DNA of 64,000 nt from contig JBMNJG010000012.1 of the NCBI GenBank assembly GCA_050951545.1, forward strand, positions 160,001-224,000, written 5' to 3'. The stretch comes from Limnochordia bacterium (lineage in GTDB: Bacteria > Bacillota > Limnochordia > DTU080). Below the pieces are notes generated by a model. The model was not told the origin of the DNA and ran no database searches. It saw only the letters and a list, made by a program, of their open reading frames with translations. Shown one piece after another: positions 49,382-58,759 of this stretch (position 1 is its first letter; the number at the start of each line of letters is the position of its first letter). The position numbers and the translations under genes were made by a program.

Positions 49382-50764
49382 TCACTCCTCATCTTCCAGT
49401 ACGTCTAGCGTTGTTTGGGGCTCTCTTACCCCAACGGGATACTTGGCTGTAAAGCAAGCCGTACACAATTCTTCACCTGCCACCTGTACCGCCTTGTACA
49501 GGCCAGTAATAGACAGGTAGTGCAGACTATCCGCACCGATAAGCTGACGCACTTGCTCTTGCGTGCGGTGGGCAGCGATGAGATCATCAGCACTGGCGAT
49601 GTCGATGCCGTAGTGACACGCATGCATGAAAGGGGGCGACGCGATGACCATGTGTACCTCGCGCGCACCAGCGTCTCGAACCATCTCCACAGTTTTCCCA
49701 CTGGTGGTGCCCCGCACAATAGAATCATCGACCACGATCACGCGCTTGTTCTTCAGAAGTGCGCTGACAGGGTTGAGCTTAATGCGTACACCTTTTTGGC
49801 GCAAGGCAGGAGTTGGTTGAATGAAGGTTCTTCCTACGTAACGGTTCTTCATCAAGCCGAAATCAAAGGGCAGCCCAGATTCCTCTGCATAGCCCAGTGC
49901 TGCCGACGTACCTGAGTCAGGCGCTGGAATCACCAGGTCAGCCGCGATGCAGGTCTCTCTGGCAAGTTCGCGACCGATTGCCTTGCGGACCAGGTGTACG
50001 TTTCGCGCTCCGAGATAGCTATCAGGTCTGGCGAAGTAGATGTACTCAAAGACGCAGAACGCGGGCTGGGCTTGCTCCAACTGCCGGCTATGTATTCCTT
50101 GCGCGTCAACAACTACCAGCTCGCCAGGCGCCACATCGCGAACTGGCTCGGCACCAATGGTGTCGAAGGCGGCCGACTCAGAGGCCAGAATCGTTGCCGA
50201 ACCCTGCCTACCGATACTTAGAGGCCTGATACCTGCATGGTCTCGAAATCCGATGAGCTGCTTGTTGGTCATCAAGACCACGGAAAAGGCGCCTCGAAGA
50301 GAACTGATGGCCCCCACCACCGCCTCCTCAAACGGATCGCCAGGATGACGAGCTATGAGGTTGAGAATAAGCTCGCTGTCAGTCGTCGTCTGGAGTACCG
50401 AGCCCTCAAGCTGCAGTTGCTGGCGCAAGGAGGGTGCGTTTATGAGGTTGCCGTCATGCGCTAACGCCAGTTGGCCGTGTTGGGTGAACCCCAATAGAGG
50501 TTGAGCGTTGGCCACGTGAGGCTCACCCGCTTTGGAGTAGCGGACATGGCCGATGCTGATTGACCCAGGCATCTGAGCTACTATGTCGTCAGTGAGCACC
50601 TGAGTAACCAGGCCCATCCCCTTGCGGATACGGATGCGACGGCCATCAGATACCGCTAGACCAGCGGACTCTTGGCCTCTGTGCTGCAGGGCATAGAGGC
50701 CAAGGTAGGCGGTCTCAGCGCCCTCGTTTCCTTCAGGTGAGAAAAAGCCAATCACGCCGCACAT
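49382..50764 (-). CDS. purF: Amidophosphoribosyltransferase (altered glutamine site)
   Basis: MCGVIG N-terminal Cys, LQHRGQESAG, CVFEYIYFARPDS, VDDSIVRGTT. Confidence 0.96.
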   Translation of the reverse strand: MCGVIGFFSPEGNEGAETAYLGLYALQHRGQESAGLAVSDGRRIRIRKGMGLVTQVLTDDIVAQMPGSISIGHVRYSKAGEPHVANAQPLLGFTQHGQLALAHDGNLINAPSLRQQLQLEGSVLQTTTDSELILNLIARHPGDPFEEAVVGAISSLRGAFSVVLMTNKQLIGFRDHAGIRPLSIGRQGSATILASESAAFDTIGAEPVRDVAPGELVVVDAQGIHSRQLEQAQPAFCVFEYIYFARPDSYLGARNVHLVRKAIGRELARETCIAADLVIPAPDSGTSAALGYAEESGLPFDFGLMKNRYVGRTFIQPTPALRQKGVRIKLNPVSALLKNKRVIVVDDSIVRGTTSGKTVEMVRDAGAREVHMVIASPPFMHACHYGIDIASADDLIAAHRTQEQVRQLIGADSLHYLSITGLYKAVQVAGEELCTACFTAKYPVGVREPQTTLDVLEDEE

Positions 50765-50766
50765 AG

Positions 50767-53037
50767 TTACCTCTGCCCCCCATGGGCACGCTCGGAATGG
50801 AAGCCCTTCATGGTGTGGCGCAGGCTGTTGTTGTAGCGTTCTGCCATCGCCTCCACTGTCCAGCACAAAGGACTGCTAGCGGAGGGGTGTGTGCCTTTTT
50901 GTAGCGTAATCGTCAGCGAGTTGCCGCCTACGCGTCCAAGGGCTTCACAAGGTACAGCGTGCTGACTGGCGATCTCCTGCAGACGTGATAGATGCCTTTC
51001 GGGCAAAGAGAGCACGATGCGCGATGGCGACTCACCAAAGAGAACGGCATCAGGCCGCAGATCTTGCACTAGATCGATAGTCGCTCCTTTGCCACTCAGA
51101 ATGCAGCACTCTGCCAAGCTGACTGCCAAGCCGCCTTCCGAGCAGTCATGTGCTGAGGCGAGTAGACCCTCTTCGGCTGCAGTCAGGACAGCAGCTTGCA
51201 CTCGTTTCTCGAGATTCAGATCAAGCTGCGGGAGTTGGCCTCCCTCCAGTCCATAAACAACGGCTAGGTATTCACTTCCACCTAGCTCGGCTTTAGTGTC
51301 TCCCACAAGCGCGATCACGTGACCCTCTTGTTGCCAGCCAGCCTGTAGGTGACGCTGAGCATCCTCCAGCAGCCCCAGCATACCGATGATGGGTGTGGGA
51401 TAGATCGCCTGGCCATCAGTTTCGTTATAGAGGCTCACATTCCCCCCGGTCACTGGTATATCCAGGGCCCGGCAGGCTGCGGATATTCCCTCGACAGCTC
51501 TTCGCAATTGCGAGAAGGCCTCCGGCTTCTCCGGATTCCCGAAGTTGAGACCGTCAGTGATGCCCAATGGCTGCGCTCCCACGCACACCACGTTGCGCGC
51601 TGCTTCTGCTACAGCCATGGCAGCTCCCACGTAGGGGTCGAGGTAGCAGTAGCGAGAGTTGCAGTCAAGGGTCAACGCGATGGCTCTGCGGCTACCAGTA
51701 ATGCGTATGACCGCAGCATCACCAGCGCCGGGTCCGACGAGCGTGTTTCCTTGTGCTTCGCTATCGCACTGATCATACACCCAGCTCTTGCTGGCGATAG
51801 AGGGGCTAGCCAACAGTCGCAGCAGGCATGCATGGAGATCGTCTGTCACTGGTGGTACAGGCTGTGCCGCCAGTTCGTCTTCCCAGGCAGGTCTGGCTTC
51901 TGCAGGATAATAGCGCGGTGCTCCCTCACTGGAGAGCGAGGCTGCGGGTACCTCCGCCACCACCACATCGCCTTCACGTACGCGGAGCACTCCGTCGTCC
52001 GTGACTCTGCCGATTAGCGTAGCCTCAACACCCCATTTGGCGAAAATGGCCATAGCTTGCTTCTCGCTTCCTTTTCTGGGGATGATGAGCATCCGCTCTT
52101 GAGATTCGGAGAGCATGATCTCATAAGGTGTCATGCCCTCGTCCTTGCGCGGTACGAGAGCCACATCCAGCTCAATACCAGTACCTGCTCTAGCAGCCAT
52201 TTCTGAAGAGGAGCTAGTTAGCCCGGCGGCACCCATATCTTGGATACCCTCTACGACACCGCTAGCGATGACTTCAAGGCACGCTTCGATGAGACGTTTT
52301 CCGGTATCGGGATCACCAATGGCTACTGCATGGCTTTGCTCATGAGAGGCCTCATCCAGTTCGGCTGAGGCAAAACTAGCCCCCAAGATGCCGTCTCGTC
52401 CCGTGCGGCCGCCGGCTACTAACACTGGGTTGCCCACTCCGCGAGCACTAGCGGTGGCGATGTGTCGGTGTTCCACGACACCAACACCCATGGCATTCAC
52501 CAGGGGGTTACCTTCATAGCAAGGGTGGAAGTAGATCTCCCCACCTACGGCAGGGACATTGGCTGTGTTGGCATAGCTGCTGATACCCTCGGCAACACCG
52601 GCTACGAGAGCGCGAACGCGTTCGATATCTGGGCTACCAAAACGCAGTGAGCTCAATACGGCTATGGGCCTGGCTCCCATGGCGAAAATATCCCTTAGAA
52701 TACCGCCTACGCCAGTAGCTGCAGCAAGCACTGGCTCTATTGCAGATGGATGATTGTGGGATTCGACCTTAAAGCAGACAGCGAGTCCGTCACCGATGTC
52801 AATAATCCCTGCATTTTCCCCTAGGCCTTCGAGCAACCGATCCGACTGGGTGGGAAAGAGATGAAACAGCGTTCTGGAGTGCTTGTAGGCACAGTGCTCA
52901 GACCATAGTGCTGCGTACATACCAAGCTCTGTCCAATTGGGATCACGCCCAAGGGCATCCACTACCATCTGATATTCTTGGTCAGTGAGTCCCATCTTCC
53001 GCCAGATCCTGCCGGCCTTGATTTCCCCTACATCCAT
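50767..53037 (-). CDS. purL: FGAM synthase synthetase subunit (small-type PurL)
   Basis: WSEHC, ESHNHPS, QDMGAAGL, LSESQERM, GGNVSLYN; 756 aa with no fused glutaminase domain. Confidence 0.96.
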   Translation of the reverse strand: MDVGEIKAGRIWRKMGLTDQEYQMVVDALGRDPNWTELGMYAALWSEHCAYKHSRTLFHLFPTQSDRLLEGLGENAGIIDIGDGLAVCFKVESHNHPSAIEPVLAAATGVGGILRDIFAMGARPIAVLSSLRFGSPDIERVRALVAGVAEGISSYANTANVPAVGGEIYFHPCYEGNPLVNAMGVGVVEHRHIATASARGVGNPVLVAGGRTGRDGILGASFASAELDEASHEQSHAVAIGDPDTGKRLIEACLEVIASGVVEGIQDMGAAGLTSSSSEMAARAGTGIELDVALVPRKDEGMTPYEIMLSESQERMLIIPRKGSEKQAMAIFAKWGVEATLIGRVTDDGVLRVREGDVVVAEVPAASLSSEGAPRYYPAEARPAWEDELAAQPVPPVTDDLHACLLRLLASPSIASKSWVYDQCDSEAQGNTLVGPGAGDAAVIRITGSRRAIALTLDCNSRYCYLDPYVGAAMAVAEAARNVVCVGAQPLGITDGLNFGNPEKPEAFSQLRRAVEGISAACRALDIPVTGGNVSLYNETDGQAIYPTPIIGMLGLLEDAQRHLQAGWQQEGHVIALVGDTKAELGGSEYLAVVYGLEGGQLPQLDLNLEKRVQAAVLTAAEEGLLASAHDCSEGGLAVSLAECCILSGKGATIDLVQDLRPDAVLFGESPSRIVLSLPERHLSRLQEIASQHAVPCEALGRVGGNSLTITLQKGTHPSASSPLCWTVEAMAERYNNSLRHTMKGFHSERAHGGQR

Positions 53038-53070
53038 GAGTTAGCTCCCCTCGGAAATGTTGATGGCCCG

Positions 53071-54474
53071 TCAAGATGGACAGGCTAGCTGAAGCGTTCT
53101 TTCCCAATGATCGGCTACTTTTAGGGCCTTATCTGCCGCGATCCCTACATAGAGCTCTGGACAGTCGAGCACTTGGCGTTGACTCTTGCTCATGCGATTC
53201 AGGTATGGGGCCAGTTCTTTGCTTTCCTTCACGACGGTGCGCAAAGACTGACCTGTCTGCTCAGCAACTAGGGTGAGCTGACGGACGGCCTCGTGCGCAT
53301 GAGGATGGCCCTGGGCAGCGAGCAACATGTACAAGGGCTCAGCAACTACCATCTCCTTACTGAGCACGAAATTCTCCTTCATTCGGCTAGGATCGACAAC
53401 GACTTTGCGACACACACGCACCAGACGCTCGCTAGCTGCGACAAGGGTGGCGGCCAACTCCGGGACAAAACGACTGGAAGCAGAGTTAGTGAGATCACGC
53501 TGATGCTCCGATATCTGGTCCATGTAGAGAGTCATCATGCGTGGGCAGAACGCTTTCCACATACTCTTGACGTGCTCGAAGTTCCAGGGATTGCGCTTAT
53601 GAGGCATTGTCGACGAGCCGACCTGCAGCTCCTCAAAGCGCTCCCCCACCTCGGCGATCTCACTGCGTTGAAGATGCCGCAGATCATCACAGAAGTTCGC
53701 CAACACTCCAAAGGTGGAAACCAATGCATGCGCCCAATCTAACACGTATTCCGGCTCTACAATCTGTGTGGAGTGCGTTGACGGAGCCAGCCCCAGCTCG
53801 GCCAGTACCTCTCGTTCAAAGGCCTCTGGATCGGCGAAGAACAAGGCACTGGCGTTGTAGGCGCCCACGGCACCAGCCATCTTTCCGCGCAGAGCGGCAG
53901 TGGTCTGCTCTATAACGACCAGGCGGTTGCCCAGACGGCTGGTATACTCTGCCATCGCAAAACCAAAGGTAATGGGTACCGCATGCTGTCCATGGGTGCG
54001 CCCTATCTGTAGGGTGCATGCTTCACTGCGGACGATCCGTATCCATATCTGCATGAGCTCCCTGAGCTGAGGGATGATCATCTGCGTTGTTACGTCGCGA
54101 TACTGTAAAACCCGTGCTGTGTCTGTGATGTCACATGAGGTGGCGCTGAAGTGCACGAATGGCTTTGCCTCGGGGCTGATCCTTCTGTTAATGCAGTTTA
54201 CGAGGGCTCGGACGCTATGGTGGGTGATTGCCTCTTCGGCATAAACCTCTTCGGGTGTAAGCGCTCTGATCGCTTGCGACACTTCTGTGGCCACACTTGT
54301 TGGGCACAGACCGCGTCGTGCTAAGACGGTTGTCAGCGCCTCTTCTACTCTCGCTTGATACTGTATGTAGGCATTCTCGGAAAGGTAGTCGCTCAATCTC
54401 GCGAAAAGATCTGGGGCAGAGGCGTAGTAACGATGGTCTAGAGGGCTGATGGAAGCGAAGACGTCTCGTTGCAC
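53071..54474 (-). CDS. purB: Adenylosuccinate lyase
   Basis: ISPLDHRY, GRTHGQHA and the GSSTMPHKRNP signature. Confidence 0.95.
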   Translation of the reverse strand: MQRDVFASISPLDHRYYASAPDLFARLSDYLSENAYIQYQARVEEALTTVLARRGLCPTSVATEVSQAIRALTPEEVYAEEAITHHSVRALVNCINRRISPEAKPFVHFSATSCDITDTARVLQYRDVTTQMIIPQLRELMQIWIRIVRSEACTLQIGRTHGQHAVPITFGFAMAEYTSRLGNRLVVIEQTTAALRGKMAGAVGAYNASALFFADPEAFEREVLAELGLAPSTHSTQIVEPEYVLDWAHALVSTFGVLANFCDDLRHLQRSEIAEVGERFEELQVGSSTMPHKRNPWNFEHVKSMWKAFCPRMMTLYMDQISEHQRDLTNSASSRFVPELAATLVAASERLVRVCRKVVVDPSRMKENFVLSKEMVVAEPLYMLLAAQGHPHAHEAVRQLTLVAEQTGQSLRTVVKESKELAPYLNRMSKSQRQVLDCPELYVGIAADKALKVADHWERTLQLACPS

Positions 54475-54486
54475 GCTGCAATCTCC

Positions 54487-54591
54487 TAATGTTCGTGTTT
54501 TGCCGACCCACGTCCATTCTAGCAAAGGCAAAAGGGCATGGTCAAGGCCTAAAACCGAACGTTACAGCTATTATCCGCATATCGTTCGTGT
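54487..54591 (-). promoter_or_regulatory. purB promoter with three PurR boxes
   Basis: TTGACC, 18 nt, TAGAAT (54545-54516); PurBox-like AAAACACGAACATTA (54501-54487, minus), AAAACCGAACGTTA (54551-54564, plus) and ACACGAACGAT (54591-54581, minus); the last two form GAAC-N23-GTTC. Confidence 0.7.
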
Positions 54592-54595
54592 CCAC

Positions 54596-55099
54596 TCATT
54601 TTTGGCGCCATTCCTTGGCCAGCCTGGCATCTTTGGCGAGGACTTCTGCGGCCATTTCCTGTCTGTAGGCCAGCAGACGTTCGCGCATGCTGGGATCTGT
54701 GAGCGCCAGCAACTGAGTTGCGAAAAGAGCAGCGTTATGGGCCCCGTCAATGGCCATTGTCGCCACTGGGATCCCCGAAGGCATCTGCACGATGGCGTAT
54801 AGGGCATCGACCCCTGCTAGCGCTCCGCCGCGAATAGGGACTCCGATGACTGGCAGAACTGTGTAGCTAGCTAACACTCCGGGTAAGTGGGCCGCTCTGC
54901 CAGCACCAGCAATGAGAATGCGAAGCCCCCGTCCTTCTGCTTCCTTAGCGTAGCAAGCAGCTGCTTCGGGCGTGCGATGGGCGGAAAGCACCCGTACTTC
55001 AGCAGGTACCTGAAGATCGGATAAGGCATGCGCAGCCTTCTGCATCACTTCCCAGTCCGAATCACTTCCCATGACAATCCCTACAAGCGGCTTGTTCAT
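54596..55099 (-). CDS. purE: N5-CAIR mutase / AIR carboxylase
   Basis: [34 protein letters not shown]. Confidence 0.97.
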   Translation of the reverse strand: MNKPLVGIVMGSDSDWEVMQKAAHALSDLQVPAEVRVLSAHRTPEAAACYAKEAEGRGLRILIAGAGRAAHLPGVLASYTVLPVIGVPIRGGALAGVDALYAIVQMPSGIPVATMAIDGAHNAALFATQLLALTDPSMRERLLAYRQEMAAEVLAKDARLAKEWRQK

Positions 55100-55142
55100 C
55101 TGCCCATACGTCCTTCCCCGAATCGTGTTGACATGCTGTAGA

Positions 55143-56372
55143 CTAGCTGACGGCTCGGCGACTCCCCAGGGTATCCAGTTCACCAGAATGACGGCAGCGA
55201 AGAAACGTCAGCCCGGGCATCGGTGGATGTGTTAGAAAGCTGGGGTGTGTCACTCGATTGCCGATCAGAAACACCATGACAAGATAACCAGAACGACGCA
55301 ACGAGAACAATGCTTCGACGATCTCAGGTGTATCCTCAGGGGTGATCACGAGAACAGTTGATGCCCACGGAAGCTGTCTGCCTTCGTCCGAAAGGCACTG
55401 CGCAAAAGGTTTGCCGCGTTGCACCTGCACACGTGCCAGGGCCTCCATGACCTTCATCAACTGGGGACCCCCCTTGCGGCTTGATATCCGAATGGGTGCC
55501 GTATCGGTGATCCCAACCACCGGAGGTCCATCGCGACCATTGGTCACTAGTCCGACTGGTTGCCTTTGCCTATGCAAGTAATAGGCCAGTGACGCTGCTA
55601 CTTCGATAGCAAACTCGCTCATGTGGTCGATCGATTGCACGTCGTACTCCCCGTCACTGAGGTTCAGGAACACGGTGGTCTCCAAAGCAATGGTTGGCGA
55701 GAACTCCCTTACGTGCAATCGTCCACTGCGAGCGCTCGCTTTCCAATGCATACGCTTGAGAGGATCTCCGGGTTGGTACTCCCGTACTCCCGACGTGCGA
55801 GCTGGATCCTCGTAGAAGCGTTGTTGGGCATGAAGTTCACCGATGGGCAAACTCGACGGGAGACCGATGCCAGATAACGGGTGCACCTTCGGGTAGACCA
55901 CAACCTCATCAAACAGATCGATCCGTCCTTGCAGGATCTCTAGGCCCCAAGGGTCGCCAGCTTCAATATGAAGTGGTCCGATGCGAAACACGCCACGAAA
56001 GCGTCCCTGTGTGCGGTAATCAAACGCCACACGTTGGCCGGGGGCCAGAGCGTACACTGCCTTTCGTGGAGAGAGGGCGAATAGACCCGTAGGCAGCTCG
56101 TCTGTTGTCGAAACCCAAACCAGGGGTGCCCAGCTTGTGTTGTGTGCCTGTAACGTGACGGTGAACTCTTCACCTCGAAACAGATGGCTGGTACTGACCT
56201 TGCGCTTTACGACCAATTTTCCGAAACCTTTTCTGGTTACGAAGCGAGCGCCCCAATACACGAGCAAAAGGGAATAAAGTATGACGTAAATGACCTTACC
56301 AGTGAAAAACAGGGCAATAGCACCTATCGCCCACAGACACTGTCGCCAGTATCGGCGCATCATGCGGCACAC
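55143..56372 (-). CDS. DUF58 domain membrane protein
   Basis: N-terminal TM; GVREYQPGDPLKRMHWKASAR motif. Confidence 0.9.
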   Translation of the reverse strand: MCRMMRRYWRQCLWAIGAIALFFTGKVIYVILYSLLLVYWGARFVTRKGFGKLVVKRKVSTSHLFRGEEFTVTLQAHNTSWAPLVWVSTTDELPTGLFALSPRKAVYALAPGQRVAFDYRTQGRFRGVFRIGPLHIEAGDPWGLEILQGRIDLFDEVVVYPKVHPLSGIGLPSSLPIGELHAQQRFYEDPARTSGVREYQPGDPLKRMHWKASARSGRLHVREFSPTIALETTVFLNLSDGEYDVQSIDHMSEFAIEVAASLAYYLHRQRQPVGLVTNGRDGPPVVGITDTAPIRISSRKGGPQLMKVMEALARVQVQRGKPFAQCLSDEGRQLPWASTVLVITPEDTPEIVEALFSLRRSGYLVMVFLIGNRVTHPSFLTHPPMPGLTFLRCRHSGELDTLGSRRAVS

Positions 56373-56378
56373 CCCCAG

Positions 56379-56954
56379 TTAGTGATGCAGGTGTCGACTG
56401 CCGCGGCTGGTGAATGGCTGGTTCGCTGCACACAAAGGGCACTGATCTGCAGACCATGCCTGTGCTTCGAGGCGCATAAGAGGCTCGGCTCTCACCCCGA
56501 ATTCGGCCTTGCCGCCGCTGCGATCCACCAAGTAGCCGACTCCAACGATGTCCCCTTCGCAGTCCTTGACCAAGTTGAGGACCTCAAGAACTGAGCCGCC
56601 TGTTGTCACCACATCCTCGACAATCAGCACCCGTTCACCTGGGGCTATAGCGAAGCCACGACGAAACGTCATGCGGCCGTCCTCACGTTCCGAGAATATG
56701 GCCCTGGTGCCGAGGACTTTGCCTACTCCGTGAGCTAAGAGAATGCCACCAGTAGCTGGTCCCACTACGACCTGTACCCTGTCATCCGCAAAACGAGCCG
56801 CGATCATGTCACACAGCTTCTGAGTCAAGTCAGGATACTGCAGTGCTGCGAACTTCTCTAAGTAGGTGTCGCTGTGTAGGCCTGACGTAAGGACAAAATG
56901 CCCAGAAAGCAGGGCTCCGGTCTGAAGGAACAGATCACGTACCTCGTCACTCAT
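56379..56954 (-). CDS. pyrE: Orotate phosphoribosyltransferase
   Basis: GHFVLTSGLHS and the VLIVEDVVTTGGS PRPP motif. Confidence 0.96.
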   Translation of the reverse strand: MSDEVRDLFLQTGALLSGHFVLTSGLHSDTYLEKFAALQYPDLTQKLCDMIAARFADDRVQVVVGPATGGILLAHGVGKVLGTRAIFSEREDGRMTFRRGFAIAPGERVLIVEDVVTTGGSVLEVLNLVKDCEGDIVGVGYLVDRSGGKAEFGVRAEPLMRLEAQAWSADQCPLCAANQPFTSRGSRHLHH

Positions 56955-57033
56955 CTCGCTGACTCCTCCAAGCATCGTTCTGCGCTAGATCATTGCCATG
57001 AGCCCAGATTCCTGGTTCTGGCTACATCGGCAA

Positions 57034-57972
57034 TTATCCCACATGTGCCGCTCCCACAAGCTTGCGAATAGGAAGGCCCGTCTTGTCGCAATAGGCAGCT
57101 AGACCCTGAATAATTTCCACAGCTGCGAGAGGGTTACGGAAAGTGGCAGTTCCCACCGCCACGGCCGTCGCACCAGCGAGGATGAACTCGATCGCATCAC
57201 GCGTAGTCATGATGCCCCCCATGCCGATGATGGGCACATCGACACTCTCATAGACTTGCCAGACCATGCGTACTGCGATGGGACGGATAGCCGGACCAGA
57301 CAGTCCGCCTACCACATTGGCTAAGACTGGTTGGCGTTTTTCGACATCGATGTTCATGCCAAGCAAGGTGTTGATCAGGCTGATGATATCAGCACCCGCA
57401 GCCACAACCGCTTTGGCTATTGCTACGATGTCCGTCACATTGGGTGAGAGCTTCACAATAACCGGTAGGTCGGTTGACTCCGCAACCGCAGCCACTACCG
57501 CAGCAGCAGCTTGGGGGTCAGTTCCAAAGGCAATGCCACCTTCCTTGATGTTGGGGCAGGAGATGTTAACCTCTACAGCGGCGACACCGCGGGCCTGGCT
57601 CAGTTTGGCTGCCACGGCAGCGTACTCCTCAACGGTCTTCCCTACAATGTTGACGATGGTGGCCAAGCGGTGCTCAGCCAGCCAGGGCAGATCACAAGCA
57701 AGAAAATGGTCTACCCCAGGATTCTGCAGACCGATTGAATTAAGCATCCCAGCAGGCGTCTCCGTGATGCGCGGGGGCGGGTTCCCTGGCCAGGGGTCAA
57801 GTGACAAGCCTTTGACAACAAGCGCTCCCAGCGCGTTTATGTCAAAGTACTCGGCGTATTCCCGACCATAGCCGAAAGTACCCGAAGCCACCATGACCGG
57901 GTTTTGCAGGGCTAGGCCCGCCAGTTCCACCTGAAGATTGTGTCGGCTCGCCGAATCAGCACATGACATCAA
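57034..57972 (-). CDS. pyrD: Dihydroorotate dehydrogenase 1B catalytic subunit
   Basis: [36 protein letters not shown]. Confidence 0.96.
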   Translation of the reverse strand: MMSCADSASRHNLQVELAGLALQNPVMVASGTFGYGREYAEYFDINALGALVVKGLSLDPWPGNPPPRITETPAGMLNSIGLQNPGVDHFLACDLPWLAEHRLATIVNIVGKTVEEYAAVAAKLSQARGVAAVEVNISCPNIKEGGIAFGTDPQAAAAVVAAVAESTDLPVIVKLSPNVTDIVAIAKAVVAAGADIISLINTLLGMNIDVEKRQPVLANVVGGLSGPAIRPIAVRMVWQVYESVDVPIIGMGGIMTTRDAIEFILAGATAVAVGTATFRNPLAAVEIIQGLAAYCDKTGLPIRKLVGAAHVG

Positions 57973-58747
57973 ATGCTACCTCCAGACCGTCGAAAACCGG
58001 ACCTTCCCTACATACCCGTTGCCAGCTCCATTCCTCGCTACCGGTGGGCCGAATCGGGCAGACGCATGAAAGGCAAGCACCGACACCACAGGCCATGCGT
58101 TCTTCGAGCGAGACCTGACAACTCAGGCCGCGTCGCCTACACCATTCCACCACTGCGTGCATCATATGGAGCGGTCCACATGTGTAGACTGGACCGGACC
58201 CCTGCCAGGTTTGCAGAAGGAAGGTGACAGGTCCGCATTGGCCCCAGGAACCATCGTCAGTGGCCACCTCAGTATCAAGGGCCAACGCTTCAAACGCGTC
58301 AACACAGATGACCTCTGCGCCTGTGGAAAAGCCTAGCAGCACGTGAGGTCTCCATCCAAGTGAGTGCATTCTCTGGGCGAGGAACACAAGAGGCGCTGCC
58401 CCCAGTCCACCTCCGACTAACAGAGGCTGTTTCTGTGGTTGTGGCAGCTCGAACCCGTGTCCTAGAGGACCCAAGACGTCCAGAGAAGCGCCTTCCTGAA
58501 GTGAAGCCAGGGCTTCTGTGCCAACTCCTTTGACTCTGAAAAGCACTGACCAGCTGCCATCCTCTGCCACGGAGGAGATGCTCATAGGGCGGCGCAGGAA
58601 TGGATCAAGCGCGTGTGTTGCCGAAAGATGCACGAATTGGCCTGGTTGTGCCTTGGCCATGGCCCAATGGTGTTCCAGGACGAGTTCGTGGATTTCGGGT
58701 GCTACTGCGTGGCTGCGACGGACACTTACCTGAAAGGAACTCTTCAT
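57956..58747 (-). CDS. pyrK: Dihydroorotate dehydrogenase electron-transfer subunit
   Basis: LRRPMSI, GPLGHGF and the [11 protein letters not shown]...VCREGPVF 2Fe-2S motif. Confidence 0.95.
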   Translation of the reverse strand: MKSSFQVSVRRSHAVAPEIHELVLEHHWAMAKAQPGQFVHLSATHALDPFLRRPMSISSVAEDGSWSVLFRVKGVGTEALASLQEGASLDVLGPLGHGFELPQPQKQPLLVGGGLGAAPLVFLAQRMHSLGWRPHVLLGFSTGAEVICVDAFEALALDTEVATDDGSWGQCGPVTFLLQTWQGSGPVYTCGPLHMMHAVVEWCRRRGLSCQVSLEERMACGVGACLSCVCPIRPTGSEEWSWQRVCREGPVFDGLEVAFDVMC

Positions 58748-58759
58748 GCTTTGCGCTCC

